DNA of 64,000 bases from Scyliorhinus canicula (lineage: Eukaryota): the NCBI RefSeq assembly GCF_902713615.1, contig NC_052157.1, forward strand, positions 140,779,171-140,843,170, given 5' to 3'. The position numbers and the translations under genes are program-made. How positions within the stretch are numbered: the stretch's first letter is position 1; each line of letters begins with the position of its first letter. This document shows, in pieces, positions 35,554-47,900 of the stretch. The notes beneath the pieces are model-generated. The model did not search any database, had not been told where the DNA came from, and was given only the letters and a program-made list of their open reading frames with translations.

Positions 35554-38500
35554 TGATGGAACCATCAATTCACCAGACACGTGTTTCCGATATGAATCTA
35601 GGCTTTAATCGACTTACTTCAGAGCCAGCCTGTTACCCATTGATGAACTCTTAGTGAACTCAGGCTGACTCTGGACAAGGGTATTTATACAGCTGCACTA
35701 GGGGGAGGAGTCGTGGGCGGAGCCAAGGGTGGAGCCCAGTACAAGTTCCTGAGTACTCCCAGAGTTACTCCCCCTAGTGGTAGGATAGCGCTACTATGCT
35801 TACAAAGACAGTGTGAATTATCATATATATATATATTACATTCACCACATTCACCCCCTGCAAAAAAAATCAAGTCCGCGGGGGGTGGTGGCCAACAGCG
35901 TCAGTCTGTCCGGTGGTCGAATTGTCCGCTGTGATCTGCGGAGCACCGGGGTTGCAGCCTCTTGCGGTGGCTGGATGGGTGTTGTGTGCTGGGGTACGAT
36001 GGCGGACTCCAGGGAGGGTTGTATCCGAGCTTCATACTCTCCTGGTTCGACCGGGGACTGGGGGCGCTGGCTGCTGGCCGGCGCTGGTGCGGAACTGGTG
36101 GAGCGAGCTCGTGGGCTCGGGAGCGCGAGGGGGCGGCGGCATGGGGTGTAGGGTGAGAGGTCCTTCTGTGGGGGTAGAGGGGGCGCTGGATCCGGCGGGT
36201 GCCAGATCCCGGAGGGATACCGTGTCCTGACGGCCGTCAGGGAACTCGACGAATGCGTACTGGGGGTTGGAGTGGAGCAGGCGCACCTTTTCAACAAGGG
36301 GGTCGGTTTTGTGCGCCCTGACGTGTTTCCTCAGAAGTACGGGGCCTCAGCCATGCCGGCAGTGAGACCCCCGTGGTAGTGCCCTGGAAAAATGAAGATC
36401 CTCTCGTGAGGGATCTGATTGGTCGCCATGCACAAAAGGGACCTAATAGCGTGGAGCGCATCTGGGAGGACTTCCTGCCACTGGGAGACTTGGAGCTTCT
36501 AGACCGGAGGGTCAGTAGGACGGTCTTCCAGGACCGTCGCGTTCTCCCTCTCCACCTGCCCGTTCCCCCTGGGGTTGTAGCTGGTAGTCCCTGCTCGAGG
36601 CAATGCCCTTGTCGAGGAGGTACTGACGCAGCTCGTCGCTCATGTGGGATGAACCCCGGTCGCTGTGTACATAGCTGGGGAAACCAAACAGGGTGAAGAT
36701 GCTATGCAGGGCCCTAATGACTGTGTGGGAGGTCATGTCGGGGCACGGGATAGCGAATGGGAAACGGCAGGAACTCGTCTACGACGTTTAAAAATAAACA
36801 TTCTTTTTAGTTGAGGGGGAGTGGTCCTTTGAAATCAATCGCGAGGCGTTCAAAGGGCCTAGAAGCCTTGACCAGGTGGGCCCTGTCTGGTCTATAGAAG
36901 TGCGGTTTGCACTCTGCACAGATCGGGCAGTCCCTGGTGACCACTTTTATCTCCTCAGTGGAGAAAGGCAGGTTTCGGGCCCTGATGTAGTGTGCGAGCC
37001 GGGTGACCCCCGGGTGGCAGAGGTCATTGTGGATGACTTTTAATCGGTCGTCTGCACGCTGGCGCATGTCCCGCGGGATAGGGCATCCGGAGGCTCGTTG
37101 AGCTTCCCGGGTCGATATTTAATATCGTAATTGTAGGTGGAGAGTTCGATCCTCCACCTCAGAATTTTATCGTTTTTAATTTTGCCCCTTTGCCAGTTGT
37201 CGAACATGAAGGCAAACGATCTTGGTCGGTGATGAGGGTGAACCTCCTACCTGCGAGGTAGTGCTCCAGTGACGGATAGCCTCCACAATGGCTTGTGCTT
37301 CTTTTTTCGACTGGGGAGTGTTGGAGTTCTGAAGCGGAGAGAGTACGGGCAAAAAAATGCGACTGGTCTCCCTGCCTGATTTAAAAGTGGCTGCAAGAGC
37401 TACCTCTGAGACATCGACTCTCACTTGAATGAGTGGATTCAACAACCGCCCGCATGGCGCTTTGGCGATGTCCTCCTTGATGCCGTCGAAGGCCTGGCGT
37501 GCCTCGGCTGACAGGGGAAATCGTGTGGCCCTAAAGAGTGGGCGGGCTTTGTCCGCATATTGAGGGACCCACTGGGCGTAGTAGGGAAAGAAGCTCAAGC
37601 ACCATTTGAGGGCCTTGGGACAATGGGGGAGGGGGAGTTCTAAGAGGGGGCACATACGGTCCGGGTCTGGGCCCACGACATAGCCGAGGATGGCTAGTCT
37701 GGTTGTGCGGAAAACGCATTTCTCCTTGTTGTACGTGAGATTCAGTTTCTGTGCCGTCTGGAGAAAGCGGTGGAGGTTGGCGTTGTGGTCCTGCTGGTCA
37801 TAGCCGCAGATGGTGACATTGTCCAAGTACGGAAACGTGGCCCGCAGCCCGTATTGGTCCACCATTTGGACCATTGCTCGTTGGAACACCGAGACCCAAT
37901 TAGTGACGCCGAAAGGGACCCGGAGGAAATGGAAGAGGCGGCCATCGGCCTAGAATGCCATGTAGTGGCGGTCCTCCGGGCGGATTGGGAGATGGTGGTA
38001 TGCTGACTTCAGATCCACTGTAGAAAAGAGCTGGTACTGGGCGATCTGGTTTACCATGTCTGCAATCCTGGAGAGGGGATACGCTTCAAGGAGCATAAAT
38101 CTATTCATGGTCTGACTGTAGTCGACCACCATACCGAATTTTTCCCCGGTCTTAACGACCACCACCTGAGCTCTCCAGGAACTATTGCTGGCCTCTATAA
38201 CCCCCTCACTGAGTAGCCTTCGGACCTCTGCTCTGATAAATACCCTATCCTGCAGGCTGTATCGCCTGCTACGAGTGGCTACGGGTTTACAGTCCTTAGT
38301 GAGATTGACGAAGAGGAGGGAGTGAGATTTGCAGCGTAGCGAGGCTGCAGATCGTGAGTGGGGGCAGGGGCCCTCCGAAGCTGAGGGTGAGGCTCTTGAG
38401 GTTACATTGGAAGTTTAGGCCTAATAAGAGTGGCGCGCAGAGTTCGGGCAAAACGTAGAGTTTGAATTTCGAGTAGCTAGCGCCTCGGATTGTGAGTGTC

Positions 38501-40133
38501 GCGGCGGTGCGCCCCTGGATCTGGACCGAATGGGAGCCTGAAGCGAGTGAGATAGTTTGCTGCACGGGGAAAACGGGGAGCGAGCAGCGTCTTACCAGGT
38601 CTGGATGTATGAAGCCCTCTGTGCTCCCGGAGTCGAAGAGGCATGGCGTTTTGTACCCGTTGATATGGACCTCTGCCATCGAGTTTCGTAGATTCTTTGG
38701 TCGTGATTGGTCCAGGGTGACCGCGCTGAGTTGCGGGTAGTTGGCGGTTCGATCAGCTGTGCTGGAGTGGCCACGTGATGACTGCCCTCTGAGTTCATAG
38801 TCGAATTCTTCTGCAGAGTTGTCCAAGCGCGGAGATGCAGGTCGGGCCCGTGGTTCGCACGTGGCAGGCGGCGAGGAGGATGGCGTCCTAGATGGCGGCC
38901 CCCATGGATCGCACGTGGCTGGAGGGGGCGGAGTTGGGGCATAGGCCGCAGCGTTTCGGGCCCCGCGGGCCTGCGAGTGAGGGGAGCGATTACTTCTAGT
39001 AGCTGGGGAGTTGGAAGCTGGGGCCCTTCTAGCAGGCACGCTCTTGTGTAATGGCCTTTTCGCTCGCAGCTGCTGCAGGTCGCGTTGCGGGCCGGGCATT
39101 GCTGCCGCGGGTGCTGGTTCTGGCCGGAGAAATGGGAGGCTGGAGCAGCATAATGGCTGGCTGGAGCAGCATAGTGGCTGGCTGGGACAGCATGGTGGCT
39201 GGGCGGCCGCGTAGCACAGGCCTGGGGGAGTCGCTGGTCGGGGGCCCATGATTGGGTCGCGGGGTCCGCGGGGAACGAGTTAAGGCTGCGGAAGGAGACC
39301 TCCATCGTGGTCGCAGCTTCTACAGTCGTTTCTAAGTCCTGGGCCACCTTTTCCAGCAGTTGTTGGCGCACATAGTTAGACCTGAGGCCCGCTACAAAAA
39401 CATTGCGTACAGCAAGTTCCCTGTGTTCAGCCGCGGTAACCGCTTGATAATTACAGTCATTGGACAAATTATTGAGTTCCCTTAGAAATTCGGCGAGTGA
39501 TTCTGTAGCCGCTGGCGGCGAGTCGTGAACACATGGCGAGCGTAAACTTCATTAATAGGCCTTACATAAATTTTATCGAGAACTGCTAGCGCCGCAGTAT
39601 ATGAACTGGCCCAGTTTAGTTGCGTAGAGATTCTGTGGCTCACCCTTGCGTGCAGTAGACTTAGCTTCTGATCATCTGTCGTTTCGGCTGTGCTCGCTTC
39701 TGCCAGGTAGGCCTTGAAGCACCGCATCCAGTGGGAGAAGATTTCTTTAGTCTCTGCATCCTGCGGGTCTAGTTCCAGGCGTCCAGGCTTGAGGGCCGAT
39801 TCCATAATCGATCTTTACTGTTCTTAAGTCGATTAAATTGATGGAACCATCAATTCACCAGACACGTGTTTCCGATATGAATCTAGGCTTTAATCGACTT
39901 ACTTCAGAGCCAGCCTGTTACCCGTTGATGAACTCTTAGTGAACTCAGGCTGACTCTGGACAAGGGTATTTATACAGCAGCACTAGGGGGAGGAGTTGTG
40001 GGCGGAGCCAAGGGTGGAGCCCAGTACAAGTTCCTGAGTATTCCCAGAGTTACTCCCCTAGTGGTAGGATAGCGCTACTGCGCTTACAAAGACAGTTTGA
40101 ATTATCATATATATATATATTACATTCACCACA
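35554..40133 (-). mobile_element. Full-length Gypsy/Ty3 LTR retrotransposon A (LTRs 39839-40133 and 35554-35849), frameshifted gag-PR-RT-RH-IN
   Basis: TG..CA LTRs with about 8 differences by eye; 5-bp TSD CCAGC; PPT CAGGGGGTGAA; protease LFDSGST; RT FPYLDN; integrase HPGVTR/CPICAEC/HSDRG. Confidence 0.95.
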
Positions 40134-41107
40134 CCAGCGATGTGGTACATCACCAATCCTGGAAGATTTGGAGAACGAAAGGAAGAATGTCGACGGTCGT
40201 TGGTCTGCCAGAAGCAGTGGAGAGTAAGGCTCCTGTTAAGTTTTTTGAAAGCTGGTTACCACTTTTCCTGGAGCTGGATGCGAAGGCTGGGTGTTTCAAG
40301 TTGGAAATGGCACATCATATCCAGCCGACCCTCAGCGGATGGGCGCATTCCAGCGCAACCAGTGCCATCTTATTGGCTGGGATGAGTGGGTGTGTGGATT
40401 GGAATGTCTAAGCGCGGCTGCATCTTGTCAGCCTCCCGAGTGTCAATCATGGGCCCGGCAAATCCCGCACCGTTTCTCATTGGGAATTGATTGTGTTCCA
40501 CGTGACGCCAGTGCTAGCCCCTCCACAGTTGCTGAATCGGTCCAGATACGCTGACAGTTTTGCTGTCGTGGAAGTCCACAAAATCTGCCCCGGTGTCAAC
40601 ACTTTGTCTCAGGGAATCCCGCCTGCTGACTTTTCTTAGGAAGGAGAAAGCGGATATAACCTTGTTGCAAGAGACTCATTTGGATGACAGAGAGCACTCA
40701 AGTTAAAAGCAGGAATGGCTGGGGCAGGTCTTCTTCACTTCGTTTTCCACCAGCTGAAGGGGAATAGCAAAAGTGGTCAACAAAAATGTTCACTTCAAGG
40801 TGGAGAATTATGTGAAGGATAGGGGGTGAGACATATCATTATTACGCGGCTTGTGCAGAGAATCTGTCCCTATAATGAATGTGTATGACCCTCCAAATCA
40901 CTTCCCACACTTTGTTATGGACTTTGCAGAGCTGGCTTCGGCCAATTCATTTGTGGACAGAGACTTTAATTGTCATTTGACTCCCTTGATGGTTAAGCTT
41001 CCAGTAACCAGAAATCCCCCATCCGACAGGCGAGTGCATTGGTGTCAGTGTGCGAGGAGGTGGGATATCTAGGATGTGTGGAGGACTTCATATCTCAGAG
41101 ATAAAGA

Positions 41108-41943
41108 GCTGGATTCTCCCTCCGTTCCTGAGTCTAAATGCTGACGCCCATGGAGGATCCATGGAGCTCCACGTCGGAACAATCGCGCCACATCCGCACC
41201 TATTCCGCTACCAGTGAGGGGCTAGCACAGGTGCCGTGGGGAACACCAGTAGAACTGACAAAACATTGTGGAGGAATCGCCGGGTCCGTGATGGACACTC
41301 GCAGGGTTGACAAGCTGCAGCCACACTTAGACTATACACCCCCCGCATACACAATGATTGTGGCCAGAAAGATGCCACTGCATGTGCTAGACTGCCCATA
41401 CAGCTAATGGGTTGGCTTGGGATTTAGGGCACCCGGGGGTGCCCCAGGTGGGTCACCTATATGAACCAAGGCACCAGGTTTATAGCGGGCTGTCAGCAGC
41501 ATGCGCAGCTGAATGGGTGCCTTGCCGACTGCGATAATGGTGTTGCATACCCATCGACCCCGACTCCACAGCCCACCTCCTGGTCACCCCCCACTACTAT
41601 ACCCCCCCCCCCCCCCCCCCCCAGCCCTGGCAGAGGGCCCTAGCCAGTGGCACGACTGTCGGCAAAGTATTGGTGGTGGTGCTGGACATTGTCTGTACGT
41701 CCTCTCTCTCTCTCAGCAGCGACCACGCCAGGTTCATGGCCCTTGAGAGCACACGTGGACTGCGCCATCGGGAAAACGCCCCACCGGAGGTGGAGCTTCG
41801 CGGGTGAGTCCACCAATGAAATGCGAGCGGGGTTGCAACTGTGCGTGGCGTGCATTGCAATGACGCTGATTTCGCCACCGGGTGCCATTCTCCACCCGAT
41901 CACATGCCCTGATTTTGACATCAGCCAACAGAGAATTCCGCGC
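41108..41943. mobile_element. Harbinger-type MITE inside the L1 endonuclease region (smaller relative at about 40395-40625)
   Basis: GCTGGATTCTC..GAGAATTCCGC ends; interrupts L1 sequence. Confidence 0.55.
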
Positions 41944-41997
41944 AAAGAATTAACATTTTCCTCAGATCCTCATCAATGTCATATTAGAATTGCCTAT

Positions 41998-44900
41998 TGT
42001 GGTAGTCACCACAGTTTGTATAATCCATGTATTAGAGGTAATACGGTAAGGCTCCTGGACTACAGGTATGGGGGTTCCGCCCAGTAGGCGGAGTATAAAT
42101 GTGTGTGCACACCGAGCTGCTACCATTTCTAGAAGCAGCTGCAGGAGGCAACACATCTCTGCTTATTTAAGCCTCGATTACTCTTTACTCTCGTCTTGTA
42201 TTATTGATAGTGCATCAATTTATTAAGCAGAGATATTACAGCGATGGAACTACACATCAAGCCAGTTCGCCTACAGTTGCACCCTCAAGCAGACAACGCC
42301 GCGTCAGCCTTCGACCACTGGCTAGCTTGCTTCAAAAGCTACCTCAGATCAGTAACTGAACAGCCATTGGACGCAGAGAAGCTTCAGATCCTGGACTCAT
42401 GGGTGAGCTCCGAGATTTTGCCCCTTATCCGGGATGCGCCCACTTACCCGGAAGCTATGGAGCTTCTGAAAGGACACTATATCCGGCCGGTCAACAAACT
42501 CTACGCTAGGCACCTCCTATCCACGAGGCAGCAACTCCCCGGTGAGTCATTAGATGATTTCTGGCGTGCCCTGCACATCCTGGCGAGGATCTGCGATTGC
42601 CAGGCAATTTCGGCTGTGGAACATATAGAACTCTTAATCAGGGATGCTTTCGTTACGGGCCGCCACCGACCAGCCCGGGGCCTACCAAAACAACCACAAC
42701 TCGCCTCCAACACGCTCGACTAGTCCCGTCCGCACAACCTCACAACAGCAATGACGACGGTGAAAGTTGACGGGCACAAGACATCCTGCCTTCTTGACTC
42801 TGGGAGCACGGAGAGCTTCATCCACCCCTCCACGGTAAGCCGCTGCTGCCTCGTGGTACACCCTGTTACCCAGAGAATCTCCATGGCCTCCGGAGCCCAT
42901 TCCGTGGAAATCCGGGGTACTGCATCGTCACCCTCCTGTCCAGGGCATAGAGTTCACAACTTCCGGCTCTACGTCCTCCCCAACCTCTGCGCTGCCCCTG
43001 TTACGCGGCCTGAACTTCCAGTGCAACCTCCAAGCCTAACTCTAAAATTCGTCTGCCCCCTACCACCCCCTCACCCTATGTGGCCTCACGACCGTAAGGT
43101 CGACCCACCTCCCTGTTTGCAAACCTCACCCCGGATTGCAAACCCATCGCCACCAGAAGCAGACAGTACAGTGCCTAGGACAGGACTTCATCAGATCGGA
43201 GATCCAGCGGCTCCTGCTGGAAGGCATTATTGAGGCCAGCAACAGCCCCTGGAGAGCCCAAGTGGTAGTGGTAAAGACTGGAGAGAAACAGAGGATGGTC
43301 ATTGACTACAGTCAGACCATCATTGGGTACCCGCAGATGTGGTGAATGAGATTCACACGGTGTTATAAGCTACCAAGTCACTCTGTTCCCATTATATATA
43401 TGTACCGATATGTGCAAGTGCAGTGCACTACTGACCACCAGTGGGGAGTAGCCTGGAGTACTCGAGAGTTTGTACTGGGCTCCCCCTTGGCTCCACCCAG
43501 AACTCCTCCCCCTGGAGCTGCTGTACAAAGATCCGTGCCACAGGGCCAGCCAGCCAGTTTCACCGAAAGTTCAACAGCTAACAGGCTGCCTGTTGTAAAG
43601 TATATTAAAACCGCTATTCTAATTCTACAATCACGTATCCGTAGAATTGATGGTTCCATCAATTTATATACTTACGAAACAGTCGAAGTAAATCATGGAA
43701 GCAGCCCTCAAGCCCGGACGCCTAGAACTCGACCCGCAGGATGCAGAGGCTAAAGACATTTTTCCCACAGGCTGAGATTTTTAAGGCCTACCGGCAGAAG
43801 CCAGCAGCCGCTGAACAACGGAGGAACAAAAAACGGAGGGTAAGCCACAGAATCTCCACACAGCGTAATCCTGCCGGTTCTTACACCGCAGCGCTGGCGA
43901 TATTGGCAAAGTACTGTATGGCCCATTATGCACGCTACGTGTTTACGACTCGCCGTCAGCAGCCTACAGAAACGCTAGCCGAATTTGTACGTGAACTGAA
44001 CAATCCCTCTAATGACTGTAATTATCAAGCCGTTACCGTGGCTGAACCATAGGGAGCTTGCTGTGCGGGACGTTTTCGTAGCGGGCCTTAGATCGAACTA
44101 TGTGCGCCAAAGACTGCTAGAAAAGGGGGCCCAGGACTTAGATACTACTGTGGAGGCTGCTACCACAATGGAAGTTTCCTTCCGCAGCCTCACCTCATTT
44201 CCCGCGGACCCCGCGACCTCATTGTGTGCCCTGCCCAACAACCCCCCCAGGCCTGTGCCGCACGGCCCCCCAGCTACCGCGCTGCCAAAGCCAGTTACTC
44301 TGCTGCCCCAGCCAGCTACTCAGCTGCTCCAGCCAGCTACTCAGCTGCCCCAGCCTGTCATTTCTGTGGCCAAAGCCAGCACCCGCGGTAGCACTGCCCA
44401 GCCCGATCCGCAACCTGCAGCAGCTGCGGGAAGAAAGGCCACTATGCCAGAGTGTGCCTCGCGAAAAGAGCCCCAGTTTCTAACTCCCCAGTAGAGAGAA
44501 CAAATCGCTCCCAACACCGAAACGCTGCGGCCTGCGCCCCGACTCCGCCCCCTCCCACCACGTGCGATCCATGGGGGCCGCCATCTTGGCAAACCCCCAC
44601 CATGCGGCCGGCCACGTGCGACTCATGTGGGCCGCCATCTTGGACGCCATCTTCCTCGTCGCGCACCACGTGCGATCCACGGGCCCCATCTGCATCTCCA
44701 TGCTCAGATAGCTCATCAGAAGACTACGACTTCCCCGGGCACTCATCACGCGGCCCGCAACTCAGCGCAGCGATCCTGCATCAAGCTCGCCAGAACGTAC
44801 CGGCATCTACTCGACCGGACGCCCACTCAGAAGACTACGACTACCCCGGGCACCCATCACGCGGCCCGCAACTCAATGCGGTCACCCTAGATCAATCCCA

Positions 44901-47900
44901 CCCCAAGCACCTACGAAGTTCGATGGCGGAGGTCCAGATCAACGGGTACAGCACACCATGCCTTTTTGACTCCGGGTGCACCGAGAGCTTCATACACCCA
45001 GAGCTGGTAAGACGCTGTTCGCTTCCTATTTTTCCTGTTAGCAAAACTATCGCCCTCGCTTCGGGCTCTCACTCAGTCCAAATCCAAGGACGCACCGTCG
45101 CTACGCTCACAATTCGAGGCGCTAGTTATTCAAAATTTTAACTTTATGTCCTGCCTGACTTCTGCGCGCCACTCTTATTAGGCCTGGATTTCCAGTTCAA
45201 CCTCAAGAGCCTCACCCTCAGCTTCGGCGGGCCCCTGCCCCCACTCACTATCTGCAGCCTAGCCACGCTGCGCATCTCCCCCTCCCCTCCTCCCTTCGCC
45301 AATCTCATTCCAGATTGCAAACCAGTAGCTACTCGCAGCAGGCGATACAGCCTACAGGATAGGGTCTTTATCCGATCGGATGTCCGACGGCTGCTCAGTG
45401 AGGGGATCATAGAGGCCAGTAATAGTCCCTGGAGAGCTCAGGTGGTGGTCGTCAAGACCAGGGAAAAATATTGCATGGTCGTCGACTATAGTCAGACCAT
45501 AAATCGTTTTACGCTCCTAGACGCGTATCCCCTCCCCAGAATTGCAGACATGGTTAACCAGATCGCCCAATATCGGCTATCTTCCACGGTGGATCTGAAG
45601 TCTGCATACCATCAGCTCCCAATCCGCCCGGAGGACCGCCACTACACGGTGTTCGAGGCCGATGGCCGCCTCTTCCATTTCCTCCGGGTCCCTTTCGGCG
45701 TCACTAACGGGGTTTCGGTGTTCCAACGAGCAATGGACCGAATGGCAGACCAGTACGGGCTGCGGGCCACATTTCCGTATCTGGACAATGTTACCATCTG
45801 CGGCTATGACCAGCAGGACCACGACGCCAACCTCCACTGTTTTCTCCAAACGGCTCAGAAAGTAAACCTCATTTATAACAAGGAGAAATGTTTTTTCCGC
45901 ACAAACAGACTGGCCATCCTCGGCTACGTGATGGAGAATGGAGTCCTGGGCCCAGACCCTTCTTAGAACTCCCCCTCCCTCATTGCCCCAAGGCCCTCAA
46001 ATGGTGCTTGGGGTTCTTTTCATACTACGCCCAGTGGGTCCATCAATATGCGGACAAAGCCCGCCCACTCTTTAAGGCCACACAATTTCCCCTGTCAGCT
46101 GAGGCGCGCCAGGCCTTCAGCTGCATCAAGGATGAATCCACTCCCTTTCAGGTTGAGAGCGACGCCTCAGAGGTAGCTCTAGCAGCCACTTTAAATCAGG
46201 CAGGGAGGCCCGTTGCATTTGTCTCCCGTACCCTATCCGCTTCAGAACTCCGACACTCCTCAGTCGCACAAGTCATCGTGGAGGCTGTTCGTCACTGGAG
46301 GCACTACCTCACAGGTAGGAGGTTCACCCTCATCACCGACGAACGATCGGTTGCCTTTATGTTTGACAACTCGCAAAGGGGCAAAATAAAAAACGATAAA
46401 ATCCTTCGGTGGAGGATTGAACTCTCCACCTATAGTTACGATATTAAATATCGACCGGGGAAGCTCAACGAGCCCTCGGATGCCCTATCCCGCGGGACAT
46501 GCGCCAGCCCGCAGATCAGCCATCCACGATGACCTCTGCCATCCAAGGTCACCCGGCTCGCCCACTACGTCAGAGCCCGAAACCTGCCTTTCTCCAACGA
46601 GGAGGTAAAAGCCGTCACCACGGACTGCCCGATCTGTGCGGAGTGCAAACCGCACTTCTATAGACCAGACAGGGCCCACCTGGTCAAGGCTTCTAGGCCC
46701 TTTGAACGCCTTGCGATCGATTTCAAAAGGCCACTCCCCTCCACTAACAAGAACATTTATTTTCTCAACATCATAGACGAATTCTCCCAATTCCCTTTTG
46801 CCATTCCGTGCCCCGACATGACCTCCCACACAGTCATTAGGGCCCTCCATAGTGTCTTCACCCTGTTTGGGTTCCCCAGCTACGTGCACAGCGACCGGGG
46901 TTCATCCTTCATGAGCGACGAGCTGCGTCAGTACCTGCTCGACAAGGGCATCGCCTCGAACAGGACTACCAGCTACAACCCCAGGGGGAACGGGCAGGTG
47001 GAGAGGGAGAACGCGACGGTCTGGAAGGCCATCCTACTGACCCTCCAGTCTAGAAAACTCCAAGTCCCCCAATGGCAAGAAGTCCTCCCAGACGCGCTCC
47101 ACGCAATTAGATCCCTTCTCTGTACAGCTACAAATCAAACCCCTCACGAGCGGCTCTTCATTTTTTCTGGGGGCACTACCACGGGGGTCTCACTTCCGGC
47201 GTGGCTGAGGACACCAGGCCCGGTTCTCCTGAGGAAGCACGTCAGGGCGCACAAAACCGACCCCCTTGTTGAAAAGGTGCGCCTCCTCCATTCCAACCCC
47301 CAGTATGCATTCGTGGAGTTCCCGGACGGTCGCCAGGACACAGTATCCCTTCGGGACCTGGCACCCGCTGGATCCAGCCCCCCCTACCCCCACTGAGGAA
47401 CCCCTTACCCCGTTCCCTATGCTGCCGCCCTCTCGCACCCCCGATCCCGCAAGCTCGTCCCACCTGTTCCACGCGCCAGCACCAGCCCGCCCCCAGTGCC
47501 CCCAGTCGCTGGTCGAGCCAGAGGTATATGAAGTTTGGACGAGACCCGCCCCAGAGTCTGCCATCGTACCCCAGCTCTCAACACCTACCCAGCCACCGCA
47601 CGGGGCTGCAACCCGGTGCTCTCGCATGGTCGCAACGAACAATTCGTCCACCGGACAGACTAACTCTGTGAGCCACCACCCCCGCCGGACTTGATTATTT
47701 TCACAGGGGGTGAATGTGGTGAATGAGATTCACACGGTGTTATAAGCTACCAATGTCACTCTGTTCCCATTATATATATGTACAGATATTGTAAGTGCAG
47801 TTGCACTACCTGATCACCAGGGGAGTAGCTCTGGGAGTATTCGAGAGTTTGTACTGGCTCCCCCTTGGCTCCGCCCAGAACTCCTCCCCCTGGAGCTGCT

